From assembly GCA_963785725.1 (NCBI GenBank), contig CAWAWS010000039.1:416001-480000 (forward strand): DNA of 64,000 nucleotides, given 5' to 3'. Shown here in pieces: positions 20,307-31,261 of the stretch. Numbering within the stretch: position 1 is the first letter of the stretch; the number at the start of each line of letters is the position of its first letter. This DNA is from an uncultured delta proteobacterium. Lineage in GTDB: Bacteria > Myxococcota_A > Polyangia > Palsa-1104. Below the pieces are notes generated by a model. It had not been told where the DNA came from. It ran no database searches and saw only the letters and a program-made list of their open reading frames with translations. The translations under genes and the position numbers were made by a program.

Positions 20307-21122
20307 ATGTACGACTTCACTGGCAAGACGACGCTCATCACCGGCGCTTCGGCGGGAATCGGCGCGCAGTTCGCGCGCGAGTTGGCGGCGCGCAAGAGCG
20401 CCCTCGTGCTCGTCGCGCGCAGCGAGGACAGGCTGCGCGCGCTGGCGGCCGAGCTGACGGCGGCGCACGGCGTGCCGGTCGCCGTCGTCGCGGCCGACCT
20501 GGCGCAGCCGGGCGCCGCGGCCAAGGTTCAGGCCGAGACGGCGCGCCGCGGCCTGCGCGTCGACGTGCTCGTCAACAACGCCGGCCTCGGCATGCACGGC
20601 CGCTTCCGCGAGATCGCCGTGGCGCAGATGTCGTCGCAGATCGCGGTCAACGTGACGGCGCTGATGGAGCTGACCTACGCCTACCTGCCGGAGATCGAAG
20701 CGGCGCACGGTGGGATCATTCAAGTGGCGTCGGTGGCGTCGTTTCAACCGATCCCGTACATGGCCGTCTACGGCGCGACCAAGGCGTTCGTGCTCTCGTT
20801 CAGCGAGGCGTTGTATGCCGAATATCGCGGGCGCGGCGTGCGCGTCTTGTGCCTCTGCCCGGGCGCGACCGAGACGGAGTTCTTCGCCGTCGCCGGCGAG
20901 GCGGCATCGGGCAGCGCCAAGCGCGTCAGCCCGGCGGGCGTCGTGCGCGTCGGGCTGCGCGCGTTCGCCGCCGATCGCTCCTACGTCGTGCACGGCTTCA
21001 CGAACTACTTGGCGTCGTCGAGCGCGCGCTTCTTCCCGCGCGCGTTCACGGCGCGGATGGTGGCCAAGCTGACGAAGCCGAAGATCGCGCTGCCGCCGGC
21101 CGTCAAGCAACCGACGACCTAA
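20307..21122 (+). CDS. Short-chain dehydrogenase/reductase
   Basis: TGASAGIG, NNAG, YGATK. Confidence 0.95.
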   Translation: MYDFTGKTTLITGASAGIGAQFARELAARKSALVLVARSEDRLRALAAELTAAHGVPVAVVAADLAQPGAAAKVQAETARRGLRVDVLVNNAGLGMHGRFREIAVAQMSSQIAVNVTALMELTYAYLPEIEAAHGGIIQVASVASFQPIPYMAVYGATKAFVLSFSEALYAEYRGRGVRVLCLCPGATETEFFAVAGEAASGSAKRVSPAGVVRVGLRAFAADRSYVVHGFTNYLASSSARFFPRAFTARMVAKLTKPKIALPPAVKQPTT

Positions 21123-21126
21123 TCGG

Positions 21127-21600
21127 TTAGCGATACGGGCCCTCGGCGGGCCGGGCGCTGTCGAGGCGGACGATGAAGAGCGGCTCGGCTTCGCTGCCGG
21201 CGAAGACCACGCGCGCCGGCCGCTCGGCGTCGATTTCGCGGTCGATGCGCGGGTCGGCGGCGCGCGCCACGCCGACGACGGCGACGCGATCGCCGGCCAC
21301 GAGCGCGCAGTCACCGCCGTCGCGGCCGCACCACACGGCCGCGGCCGCGGCCGGCTGCACGAGCGCGCGCTGGCCATCGTCGCCGACGAGGAAGAACGCC
21401 GCGCGCCCCGCCGTCACCGGCTCGACGACACCGTCAACCTTGCAGCGCAGCGCGGTGCGCACGTCGCCGATGGGCAGCGCCGTCATCGTCAGCGTGCGCA
21501 GCCGCTGCTTGTGCATCTGCGCGCGCTCGACTCGCTTCAAGATCGGCTGCATCAGAAATACGACCAGCCGCGCGAGGTTGATGAGGACGAAATCCCACAC
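21127..21600 (-). CDS. Hypothetical membrane-anchored protein
   Basis: N-terminal hydrophobic segment, beta-rich body, ends GPYR; GTG start uncertain. Confidence 0.55.
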   Translation of the reverse strand: MWDFVLINLARLVVFLMQPILKRVERAQMHKQRLRTLTMTALPIGDVRTALRCKVDGVVEPVTAGRAAFFLVGDDGQRALVQPAAAAAVWCGRDGGDCALVAGDRVAVVGVARAADPRIDREIDAERPARVVFAGSEAEPLFIVRLDSARPAEGPYR

Positions 21601-21712
21601 GCCCGCAGCTTAAAGTCGCCGGCCGGCATGCGCCAGGCCAAGGTTCGCGCTAGGGTGTCGGCCGCGGCATGACGACGATGCCGGAACCGCGGAACGAGAT
21701 CGAGGAGACGAC

Positions 21713-24379
21713 ATGAACGTCAAGCTGTTGGCGCCGCTGCTGGCGCTCCCGCTGCTCGCTTGCCAACACGCGCCGTCACCGGCGACGCAGACGCTGGGGC
21801 TGGCCGCGGCCGATGAGAATCCGCCGACGCTGCGGCTCGGCGATCGCGCGCGGCCGACGCACTATCGCGTCGAGCTGACCGTGGTGCCGACGAACGAGCG
21901 CTTCGACGGCGCCATCGACATCGACGTCGACTTGCGCGCGCCCACCGCGACCTTGTGGCTCAACGCGCAGAAGCTCGTCTTCAAAGGCGCCACCGTCGAC
22001 GGGCAAGGCGCCAAGGTCGTGCCCGGCGGCGGCGACTTCATCGGCGTCAGCTTCGGCCGCGCGCTCGGACCGGGCCCCATCCACGTCCACCTCGACTATT
22101 CGGGCGAGATGACGGCCAAGGCGTCCGACGGGCTCTTTCGGCAGAAGGAGGGTGACCGCTGGTACGCGTTCACGCACTTCGAGCCCATCGACGCGCGGCG
22201 CATGATGCCCTGCTTCGATGAGCCCGCCTTCAAGACGCCGTGGGAGATGCGCCTCAAGGTCAAGCAGTCGGATACGGCCGTCGCCAACGCGCCGATGGTC
22301 AAAGAGGAGCCGCTCGCCGACGGCATGAAGTTGGTGACGTTCGCGGCCACCAAGCCGATCCCGAGCTACCTCATCGCCATCGGCGTCGGGCCGTTCGAGC
22401 TCGTCGACGCCGGCAAAGCGGGGCGCAACGGCACGCCGATTCGCATCATCACGCCGCACGGCCGCGGCGACGAGGCGCGCTTCGCCAAACAGGTGTCGGG
22501 CCAAGTCATCGAGCGGCTCGAGGCCTACTTCGGCATTCCCTATCCGTACCCAAAGCTCGACGTCATCGACGTGCCCGTGATCGGCGGCGCGATGGAGAAC
22601 CCGGGGCTGATCACGTTCGCGCAGCAGCTGGTGTTGTCCAAGCCGGCCGAAGAATCCTTACGTTTCCAGCGGCGCTACACGTCGATAGCCATGCACGAGT
22701 TCGCGCATCAATGGTTCGGCGACTTGGTGACCACGGCGTGGTGGGACGACATCTGGCTCAACGAAGCCTTCGCGACCTGGATGACCGATCACGAGCTCGA
22801 GGCGTGGAAGCCCGATTGGCACGCCGACGCCGATCGCACCGACGCCAGCCTGGGCGCCATGTCCGACGACGGCTTGCAGAGCGCGCGGCAGATTCGTCAG
22901 CCGATTCGCGGCAACGACGACATGGTCAACGCCTTCGACAGCATCACGTATGAAAAGGGCGCCGCCGTCATCGCCATGTTCGAGAGCTGGGTCGGCGCCG
23001 ATCGTTTCCGCGCCGGCATTCACCGCTACTTGGTCGAGCACGCGTTCGGCGCCGCGTCGTCGGACGACTTCTTGGCCGCGATCGACATCGAAGCAAAGGC
23101 GCCGATTCGCACGGCGTTCCACAGCTTCCTCGATCAGCCGGGCGTGCCGCTGGTCAGCGTCGGGCTGCGCTGCGACGCCGGACAGCCGCCGGTGGCGACG
23201 CTGACGCAAGAGCGCGATCGGCCGGCCGGCGTCGGCGGCGGCGCCGCGCAGACGTGGCAAATTCCCGTCTGCATGCGCTACAGCGGCGACGGCAAAGACG
23301 CGCACGCCTGCACGCTGATGACGACGGCGACCGCCGAGCTGCCGCTGCCGGAGGCGACGAGCTGCCCCGCCTTCCTCGCCGGCAACGACGGTCAGCGCGG
23401 CTATTATCGCGTGCGCTACCTCGGTGACGCGTGGACGCACCTCCTCGAGAACGCCGACAAGCTGAGCGTGCCCGAGCGCATTGGCCTGCTCGGCGACGTC
23501 GGTGCGCTGGTGCGCGCGGGCAAGCTTCCCATCGCCGACGCGCTGACGCTGGCCGCGCAGTTGGCCAACGATCGCGAGCGCGGCGTCGTCGACGGCACGA
23601 TGGACCTGGCCTTCCAAGCGCGCGTGCTCGACCTCGTGAGTGAGCCGCAGCGCAAGAGCTGGGCGCACTTCGTGCGCGCGACGTGGGGCGAGCGGCTGGA
23701 GAAGCTCGGCTTGCGCCCGCGCGCCGGCGACGACGACGACACGCGCCTGTTGCGTCCGCGGCTCATCACCTTCCTGGCCAACCTGGGCGAAGACGAAGCG
23801 CTGCGCAAAGAGGCGCGTGCGTTGGCGCTGGCCTGGCTGAGCGATCGTAAAGCGATCGATCCCGAGCTGGTGTCGGCCGTGTTGACGGCGGCGGCGTACG
23901 GCGGCGATGGCGCGCTCTTCGAGGCGTATGTCAGCGAAGCCAAGAAGCCGACGACGGCGCGCATCGATCGCACGCGCCTCTTGGCGGCCATGGGCGCGTT
24001 TCGCGATCCCGACGTCGCGCAGCGGGCGGAGCGGCTGCTCATCAGCCCCGACTTCGATCTGCGCGAGTCGCGGCCGATCGTGCTCGGGCAGCTGGGCGCG
24101 CCGTCGCTGCGGCAAATGGCCTACGACTTCGTCAAGACGAACCTCGACGCGCTGACGGCCAATCTCTCGCCGCGGCTGGCGGCGACGTGGGGCATGGCGG
24201 TGATGGGCTTCTGCGACGAGGCGCACGCCCACGAAGCCGAGCAGTTCTTCAACGGCCGCACGACCCGCCTCGTCGGTGGTCCGCGCATTCTCGCGCAGGC
24301 GGTGGAGACCGTGCGCGTCTGCAGCGCCGCGCACGCCGCGCAGGCCGACAGCTTCGCGACGTTCCTGAAGAAGTATTAG
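21713..24379 (+). CDS. M1 family aminopeptidase, lipoprotein, ERAP1-like C-terminus
   Basis: Lipobox LLAC; GAMEN, HEFAHQW-x-WLNEAFA, YEKG. Confidence 0.95.
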   Translation: MNVKLLAPLLALPLLACQHAPSPATQTLGLAAADENPPTLRLGDRARPTHYRVELTVVPTNERFDGAIDIDVDLRAPTATLWLNAQKLVFKGATVDGQGAKVVPGGGDFIGVSFGRALGPGPIHVHLDYSGEMTAKASDGLFRQKEGDRWYAFTHFEPIDARRMMPCFDEPAFKTPWEMRLKVKQSDTAVANAPMVKEEPLADGMKLVTFAATKPIPSYLIAIGVGPFELVDAGKAGRNGTPIRIITPHGRGDEARFAKQVSGQVIERLEAYFGIPYPYPKLDVIDVPVIGGAMENPGLITFAQQLVLSKPAEESLRFQRRYTSIAMHEFAHQWFGDLVTTAWWDDIWLNEAFATWMTDHELEAWKPDWHADADRTDASLGAMSDDGLQSARQIRQPIRGNDDMVNAFDSITYEKGAAVIAMFESWVGADRFRAGIHRYLVEHAFGAASSDDFLAAIDIEAKAPIRTAFHSFLDQPGVPLVSVGLRCDAGQPPVATLTQERDRPAGVGGGAAQTWQIPVCMRYSGDGKDAHACTLMTTATAELPLPEATSCPAFLAGNDGQRGYYRVRYLGDAWTHLLENADKLSVPERIGLLGDVGALVRAGKLPIADALTLAAQLANDRERGVVDGTMDLAFQARVLDLVSEPQRKSWAHFVRATWGERLEKLGLRPRAGDDDDTRLLRPRLITFLANLGEDEALRKEARALALAWLSDRKAIDPELVSAVLTAAAYGGDGALFEAYVSEAKKPTTARIDRTRLLAAMGAFRDPDVAQRAERLLISPDFDLRESRPIVLGQLGAPSLRQMAYDFVKTNLDALTANLSPRLAATWGMAVMGFCDEAHAHEAEQFFNGRTTRLVGGPRILAQAVETVRVCSAAHAAQADSFATFLKKY

Positions 24380-24385
24380 CGACGA

Positions 24386-24547
24386 AGAGCGGGCCCTCGA
24401 AACCTGTTCGGTCGCCAAGCCGGCTGCGGGCGCGGTCTGCTTCGTTGCTCCTCGGTCAGATACACACCGGTATCTTCCCTCGTCGCGCCTCGCAGCCCGC
24501 GCTCCTCGCTCGGCCTGGCTCGGTCACAGGTTTTGAGGGCCCGCTCT
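24386..24547. mobile_element. 162-bp MITE/REP-like non-autonomous element
   Basis: 22-bp terminal inverted repeats with one mismatch (24386-24407 AGAGCGGGCCCTCGAAACCTGT; 24526-24547 ACAGGTTTTGAGGGCCCGCTCT) and an internal AGATAC..GTATCT stem; no transposase. Confidence 0.65.
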
Positions 24548-24917
24548 AAGGTCTCGTCAGGTGGCGCAGCGCCGCTTCCTCGTCGAGAAACACCTCGCCC
24601 TCACCCTCCGACAGCCGCTTGACGTGCAGCTTGCCGACGGCGCTGCGCACGACGATCGCCACCCGCGCAAAGCGCGACAAGATCTGCGTGCGTAGATCGC
24701 GCGTCGCCGCCTCGAACTCGGGATCGTTGCGGCCGGGACCGAGGCGCAGATCGAGCAGCACGCGACCGCCGAAGTGCGGCGTCAGCTGCGGCAGGAGGCC
24801 GGCGAACGCCGCGCGCACGTCGTCGGTGCGCTCGGGCATCGGCGTCGCCGTGCGAATGACGCGCACCAGCTGCCGCTTCGCATCCGGCTCGACGCGAAAG
24901 TAGATCGGATTCGGCAT
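24546..24917 (-). CDS. Small STAS/SEC14-like hypothetical protein
   Basis: LLDLRLGPGRNDPEFE, VAIVVRSAVGKLHVKR, FLDEEAAL. Confidence 0.7.
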   Translation of the reverse strand: MPNPIYFRVEPDAKRQLVRVIRTATPMPERTDDVRAAFAGLLPQLTPHFGGRVLLDLRLGPGRNDPEFEAATRDLRTQILSRFARVAIVVRSAVGKLHVKRLSEGEGEVFLDEEAALRHLTRP

Positions 24918-25155
24918 CGCCAAATTGTAATCCGTCTCGCGGCGCCTGTAAGCAGTGTCGCGTTTTGAAGTCCGTGCGCGTCATACATGTATGGCACCAT
25001 CCCGTCTACACACCGGGTGGGACTGCCCCGGTCGGCGGTGCTTGCCCCCGCCTACAGTGTGGACGCGGCGCTAGCGATCCCGGCGGCTTGCGGGCTGCGG
25101 CGGGCGCGACGCGGCCGGTCGTGACCTGGCCGCGACCTTGCTACCCAAAGGCGCC

Positions 25156-28100
25156 ATGCCACTCGAGATGGTTCCCGCGGAGCAACCGAACAGCGGCGGG
25201 CGTTCGGCCGACCTCGCCCCGCAGATCGAGCAGCAGCTGTCGCCCCTGTTGGGCGACGTGCCGGAACAGCCGTCGTTGCGCGACTTGCCGGCGCAGCTCG
25301 AGCAGCAGCTGGCGCGCATCGATGCCGAGGCCGATCCGCAGCGGCGCGGGCAACGGCTGCGCGAGCTGGCCTCGGCGCTCGAGCATCAGCACGACGATCC
25401 GGCGCGCGCGCTCACCGCGCTCTTGACGGCCTACCGCGAAATGCCGACGCGCGCCGCCTGGAGCCACTTGGAGCGTCTGGCCACGATCACGAACAATTGG
25501 TCCGAGCTCGCCACCGAGCTGGCCGCGGCCATGGACGATCTCGACGCAGCCGATCGCGCCGGCGCCTGGCTGCACCTCGGGCACATCTACGAACGGCAGC
25601 TCGACCACGCCGAGCACGCGCTGGCCTGCTACGAGCATTCGCTGACGCTCGACCCCGATTACGCCGCGGCGCGCTTGGCCGTCGAGGCGACGCTGCGGGC
25701 GCGCGGCGATCACGCGGCCTTGCTGACGCGGCTCGAAGATCGGCTGCGCCGCGCGCCCGAGCTCGAGCGGCGCGCGATTCGCCTGGAGCTGCGCCGGCCT
25801 GAGCGTGCAGCTGGGCGAGCGCGCCGAGGCGATCGGCCGCTACGAAGAGCTGCGCCGCGAGCTGCCCGGCGATCTGACGATCTTGCGCGCGCTCGAAAAG
25901 CTCTACGACGACGCGCGCCGCGTCAACGATCTGGTCGACGTCTTGGAAGCGCAGGCCGGGCTCGTCGACGGCGCGCGCGATCGGGCCACGCTCTACCGCC
26001 GCTTGGCGATCGAATGGGAGGAGCAGCTCGGCCGCCTCGACAAAGCCGCCGAATGCTGGCAGTGGCTGCTCAGCTTCGACGCCACCAGCGACGAGGCCTA
26101 TCGCGCGCTCGAGCGGCTCTATTGCGCGGCCGGCAACTGGCGCGCCGCCGTCGACATCTACTGCCGCCACGCGGCCACCATCGCCGACAGCGGCGAGCGC
26201 GCGCGCTTGCACACCGAGGTCGCGCGCATCTGCGAACGGCAGCTCGAAGACGCCGCCGGCGCCATCGAGTTCTATCGCAAGGTCGAGGCCGATCGCCCCG
26301 GCACCGTCGACGCCATGTCGGCGCCGATTCGGCTCTACGAGCGCACCGAGGATTACGGCCAAGTCGTCGCGCTCTTGGAGCGTCGCGCCGAGCGCGCGCA
26401 GGGTACGGCGCGCGCCGAGCTCTACCATCGCGCCGCCGAGCTGCTGCGCGTGCAGCTCGACAAGCCCGATCGCGCCGTCGAGCTGCTCGACTCGGCGCTG
26501 GCCGCCGACGCCGCGCACGTGCCGTCGCTGGTGACGCTGGCCGAGATCTACCGCGAGCGCGCCAAGCTCTCGACCGCCGATCGGCTGCTCGAGCGCGCCG
26601 TGGCCGCGACCGCGCATCCGCTGCAGCGCACGCGGCTTTACGTCCGCCGCGCCGAGCTTCGGCAGGCGCTCGACGACGCCGACGGCGCGATCGCCCTTTA
26701 CGGCGCGGCGCTGGAGCTCGATCCCGACGATCATGACGCCGCTACCGCGGCCATCGCGCTCTTGGAAAAAGCCGGGCGCACCACCGAGCTCAGGCCGCTC
26801 GTCGAACGCTTGGCGGCGACGGAGGGCGACGTCGAGCGGCGCGTCGATCGTTGGCTGCAGCTGGCGCAGCTCGACGAGGAGTTGGGCGCGCCCGAGCAGG
26901 CGTTGAAGGCCCTCGACCGCGCGCTCATGCTCGCGCCCGGCCGCCTGACGACGGTGCACAAGCGGGGCGCGCTGCTCTTTCGGCTCGGCCGCTTCGCTGA
27001 CGCGCACATCGCGCTCGGCTCGCTCGTCGACGACTTGGGCGCGCTCGGCGTCGACGAAGTGGAGCTGCGCTGGCAGCTCGGCCGCTGCGCGCTGGCGCTC
27101 GGCTTGAAGCGCGACGCGCACCTGCACTTCAGCTGCGCCTTGGCGCTCGATCCGCAGCACAAGCCGTCGCGCGCGGCGCAGATCGAGCTCGATCGCGAGC
27201 ATCCGTCGGCGTTGATCGATCATCAGCGCGCGCTCTTGGCCGCGGCCGCGCCCAGCGAACGACCGGCGCTGTGGGCGGCCATCGGCGATCTGTACGCGTC
27301 GCTGTCCGATCCCGATCAGGCGCTGGAAGCCTATCGGCAAGCGCTGGCGTTGGCGCCCGAAGACACGCGCCTCTTGCACAAATGCCTCGATACACTGGTC
27401 GCGCAACACGAGTGGCCGGCGACGTTGCCGCTGCTCGATCGGCTCATCGCGCTGGCGCCGCCGGGCGCGCGGCGCGGGCGCTACTTGGAAGCGGCCGGCC
27501 TCATCACTTACGACGAGCTCGATCGCCCCGACGCCGCCGTGCCGCTCTTGTCGCGCGCGCTCGAGGACGACGCCACGCTCGACCGCGCCGCCGATGCGCT
27601 CGAGGAATTATGGACCCAGCGGCGCGACTGGACGGCGCTGGCGAACCTGCACGGCCTCAGGCTGCAGCGGCTCGGCCCCGCGTGTCACGACGGCGAGCAG
27701 GCGGTGCGCGGCCGCTTGTGGTCGAAGCTCGGCGATCTGTGCCTCAATCGGCTCGGCGATCGCGACAGCGCGCTGGCGGCGCTGGAGGCGGCGGCGCGCT
27801 TCGATCCCTACGACCTCGAGCGCCATCGGCTCTTGGCCGCGCTCTACGCGCAGACGCCGGGCAAGCTGCCGGCGGCCATCGTCGAGCATCAGCTGGTCGT
27901 CGCCAACTCGGGCGGTGAGCTGGAGTCGTACGCGGCGCTGGAGCAGCTCTATCGCCGCACCGGGCTGCCGCTGCGCTCGGCGGCGTGCGGCACGTCGCTC
28001 AACTTCCTCGAGCAGCGCCGCGACGCCGCGGCCGCCGACGACGTGACCGATCTGGCGACGCTCGACGGCGACAGCGCGGTCGACGACGTGCCGTTGCCGC

Positions 28101-28966
28101 GCGCGGCCGCTTCGTTGACGCCGCAGCTGTGGGCGCGGCTGCAGCATCGCGACGAAGATCGCCACTTGTCGGCGCTGTTCGCGCTCTTGACGCCGTTCCT
28201 CATGACCGATCAAGCGCAGGCGCATCGTCAGCTCGGCCTCGACAAGAAGGACCAAGTCGCCGGCAACGATCCGCGGACGTTCGCGCGCGTCATGCAGTAC
28301 GTCGCCCGCACGCTCGGCGTGCCCGCGCCCGACGCGTTCGTGCGCTACGATCAGCCGGCGGCGGCGCAGTTCGTCAGCTGCCTGCATCAACAGCGGCTGC
28401 AGGCGACGCTCATCATCGGTAAGCCGCTGCTCGGCACGCGGCGCTCCGAGCGCGAGCTGGCGTTTTACCTGGCGCAGCAGCTGTCGTATCTGCGTCCGGG
28501 ACGCATCGTGCGTTGGCTGGCGCCCGATCCGCTGCGCCTCTTGCGGCTCGTCGAAGTGGCGCTGGCGTTGGCCGCGAACGAGCCGCTCGAAGGCGAGCGC
28601 GCCGCGACGGCGCTGCAGGTCAAGGCGTCGCTGACGCCGCTCGGCTTCGATCAGCTGCTGACGCTGGCCGAGCCGCTGCGCGCGTACGGCGCCGAGCTCG
28701 AGCTGCGCATTCGTTGCTGGATGCGCGCCACCGATCTGACGGCCATGCGCGCCGCGCTCTTGCTCGTCGGTGACTTGGAGCTGTGTGCGCGCTTGGGCGA
28801 GCTCGAGACGTCGCTCGCCGATCGCCGCGTCCTGCATCTGGCCGCCGCCAACATCAGCGACCCGATGTTCGCCGCCCGCGAGCACTTGAAGCTGCTCAAC
28901 GCCCCGACGCAGCCGCGCCGACTGCGCTCGCGTCGTCCGCACGTGGCCAAAGCAAAATCGCTGTAA
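25156..28966 (+). CDS. Large TPR-repeat protein, apparent +1 frameshift near 25792
   Basis: TPR repeats in both frames; removing one C at GAG CTG (C) GCC GGC CTG AGC GTG joins the 25156 frame to the 25805-28966 ORF. Confidence 0.8.
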
Positions 28967-29186
28967 CTGCCGCTTCACCGGCCAGTGAAGTCGACCCACC
29001 GTTCGTCCGCCAGCTCGCAGCGGCTGTAGCCGCTCGTCGTTCCCACCTCGCGCAGTTCCGCGTCGCGCATCGTCGTGTCGGCGCATCAGCGACAGTAAAT
29101 TCGCGGAATCGTGTCTGGTCGATCGCGCGCTCGAGCCGTTAGTCTCGCGCTGCGCGAGCTGTCGTGCGGCTCGCTCGGAGGCTCAC

Positions 29187-31091
29187 TTGATTCGACATTT
29201 GCTTATAATGACCGTCATCATCATTGGCTTCGGCGGCTGCGGCGGCTCGTCATCGCATCCGACGTCCGACTCCGGCTGCCCCATCACGATCGCGCCCGAC
29301 GCCGCCGCGCCGGTCGCGCACGACCTGGCGATGACGACGCCGTCCGCCGACATGGCGCCGCCGCCGATGACCGCGGCCGGCCCGTTCACTATCGCCGTCA
29401 TCCCCGACACGCAATACCTGTTCGATGAAGATCGCGGCAACGCCAGCGTCCTGCAGGCCAGCTTGCAGTGGATCGTCGATCACACGGTCGACCACAACAT
29501 CGTCTTCACCGCGCACCTCGGCGACTTGACCGAGAACCACGAGCTGTCGGAGCTCGCCGGCGTCGATCAGGTGTTCCGCCTGTTCGACACCAAGCAGATC
29601 CCCTACAGCACCGTCGCCGGCAACCACGATCTGACCAACTCGTCGCAGGATGACGGCTCGCGTGGTACCGAGCCGTACCAGACCTACTTCTCGCCCGCGC
29701 GCTTCGCCACTCAGCCGACGTACGGCGGCGCCAGCACCAACGGCTGGAACACCTATCACATCATCGACGTCGGCGGCGGCCTCCAGATCCTGATGCTGTC
29801 GCTCGATTGGCGCATGTCGACGGCGTCGATCGCGTGGGCCGAGAGCATCCTCGCGGCCAATCCGACGCTGCCGGCGATCTTGACGATGCACGAGCTCGTC
29901 GTCGACAACGGCGGCGGCGCGGCCGTGCTCTCGGCCTATGGGCAGACGCTGTGGGACAACCTCATCAACACGCACGACCAGATCTTTTTGAGCATCAACG
30001 GTCATTATTGGCCGCCAGCGCGCACGATCTTGACCAACTCCGCCGGCCACTCCGTCTTCGCCCACGTCGCCGACTATCAGGACCGCTACTACGGCGGCAG
30101 CGGCATGATTCGGCTCTACCAATTCGACATCGCCAACGGCACCATCGACGTGACGACGTTCTCGCCGTGGCTGCAAGGCATGGCGTCGCTCAACCCGCTG
30201 CAGCAGATCGAGGTCGAGCAGCGCGATGACCGCAACCGCTTTCGCGTCGACGTCGACTTCACCGATCGCTTCCGCGGGTTCCGCGGCCCGTCGCTGCCGA
30301 CGCCGGCGCCGGTGCCGGCGGCGCAAGAGGTCATCCCCAACACCGTCGCCTATTGGCGCTTCGACACCGGCGTCGACGGCGTGCCCGTGCCCGCGACCGG
30401 CGTCGTCGCGCCCGACCTGTCCGGCAACGGCAACGACCTGACGCGGGTCACGCTCGCCGGCGGCACCGACGCGAGCCTCGTCTGGTCGAGCGACTACCAC
30501 CCGAGCCAGCCCAGCCGCGGCGGCCTGCGTTTTTACGGCACGAAGTCGAACCCGGCGTTCGGCGGCGCCTACCTGCGCACGGCCGACAACGCGCCGCTCA
30601 ACGCGATGACCTTCCCCAACGGCTACACCATCGAGGCCTTCGTCAAGCTGCCCACCGGCTGCTGCGCCAACAACGCGTGGATGGGCCTCCTCTCCACCAG
30701 CGCCGTCGGCGCCGACGTCGGCAAGACGAGCGACGATCCGCTGGAGCCGCTGGCGACGATCTCGTTGTCGCCCGAGTCGTTCGTGCAGTGGGCGCTCTAT
30801 CCGACCAACGTCGACGCGACGCTCACCAACTGGAGCCAAGCGATCTACGATCAGTGGACGCACATCGCCGTCGTCAACGACGGCCAAAAGACGACGATGT
30901 ACACCGAGGGCTATCCGATCTTACGCAATCCCGCGGCGGAGAGCACCGGCATCGCCGCCAACGGCACTTATTGGACGATCGGCGCCGCCAACTACAACCA
31001 CGTCATCGACCAATCGTTCTCCGGCGAGCTCGGCGACGTGCGCATCGTCGCCCGCGCGCTCACGCCCGCCGAGTTCATGATCGCCCGCTGA
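29187..31091 (+). CDS. Lipoprotein: calcineurin-like metallophosphoesterase + LamG-like jelly-roll
   Basis: Lipobox FGGC; PDTQY, HLGDL, GNHD, NGHY; C-terminal AYWRFD..YTIEAFVK..WTHIAVV..GELGDVRI. Confidence 0.85.
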   Translation: MIRHLLIMTVIIIGFGGCGGSSSHPTSDSGCPITIAPDAAAPVAHDLAMTTPSADMAPPPMTAAGPFTIAVIPDTQYLFDEDRGNASVLQASLQWIVDHTVDHNIVFTAHLGDLTENHELSELAGVDQVFRLFDTKQIPYSTVAGNHDLTNSSQDDGSRGTEPYQTYFSPARFATQPTYGGASTNGWNTYHIIDVGGGLQILMLSLDWRMSTASIAWAESILAANPTLPAILTMHELVVDNGGGAAVLSAYGQTLWDNLINTHDQIFLSINGHYWPPARTILTNSAGHSVFAHVADYQDRYYGGSGMIRLYQFDIANGTIDVTTFSPWLQGMASLNPLQQIEVEQRDDRNRFRVDVDFTDRFRGFRGPSLPTPAPVPAAQEVIPNTVAYWRFDTGVDGVPVPATGVVAPDLSGNGNDLTRVTLAGGTDASLVWSSDYHPSQPSRGGLRFYGTKSNPAFGGAYLRTADNAPLNAMTFPNGYTIEAFVKLPTGCCANNAWMGLLSTSAVGADVGKTSDDPLEPLATISLSPESFVQWALYPTNVDATLTNWSQAIYDQWTHIAVVNDGQKTTMYTEGYPILRNPAAESTGIAANGTYWTIGAANYNHVIDQSFSGELGDVRIVARALTPAEFMIAR

Positions 31092-31261
31092 CACCGAGAT
31101 ACTGGGCGAAGCGTCGGCCGACGCCGCGCCCGGCTACGAAGCCGTGTCGCTGCCGTCGAGCGCCGGCGGCACGCGCCGCGATCGAGCCACGTGGTGCGGT
31201 GGTGAAGCACCGAAGGGCGCGCCGCCGGCCACGCGCGGCGCGCCCTTCCGATTCCTACGGG

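Noticed and set aside
25780..25810. Programmed frameshifting at this and the other three breaks
   Set aside because: No slippery heptamer or long homopolymer, and the genes are unrelated; sequencing error is simpler.
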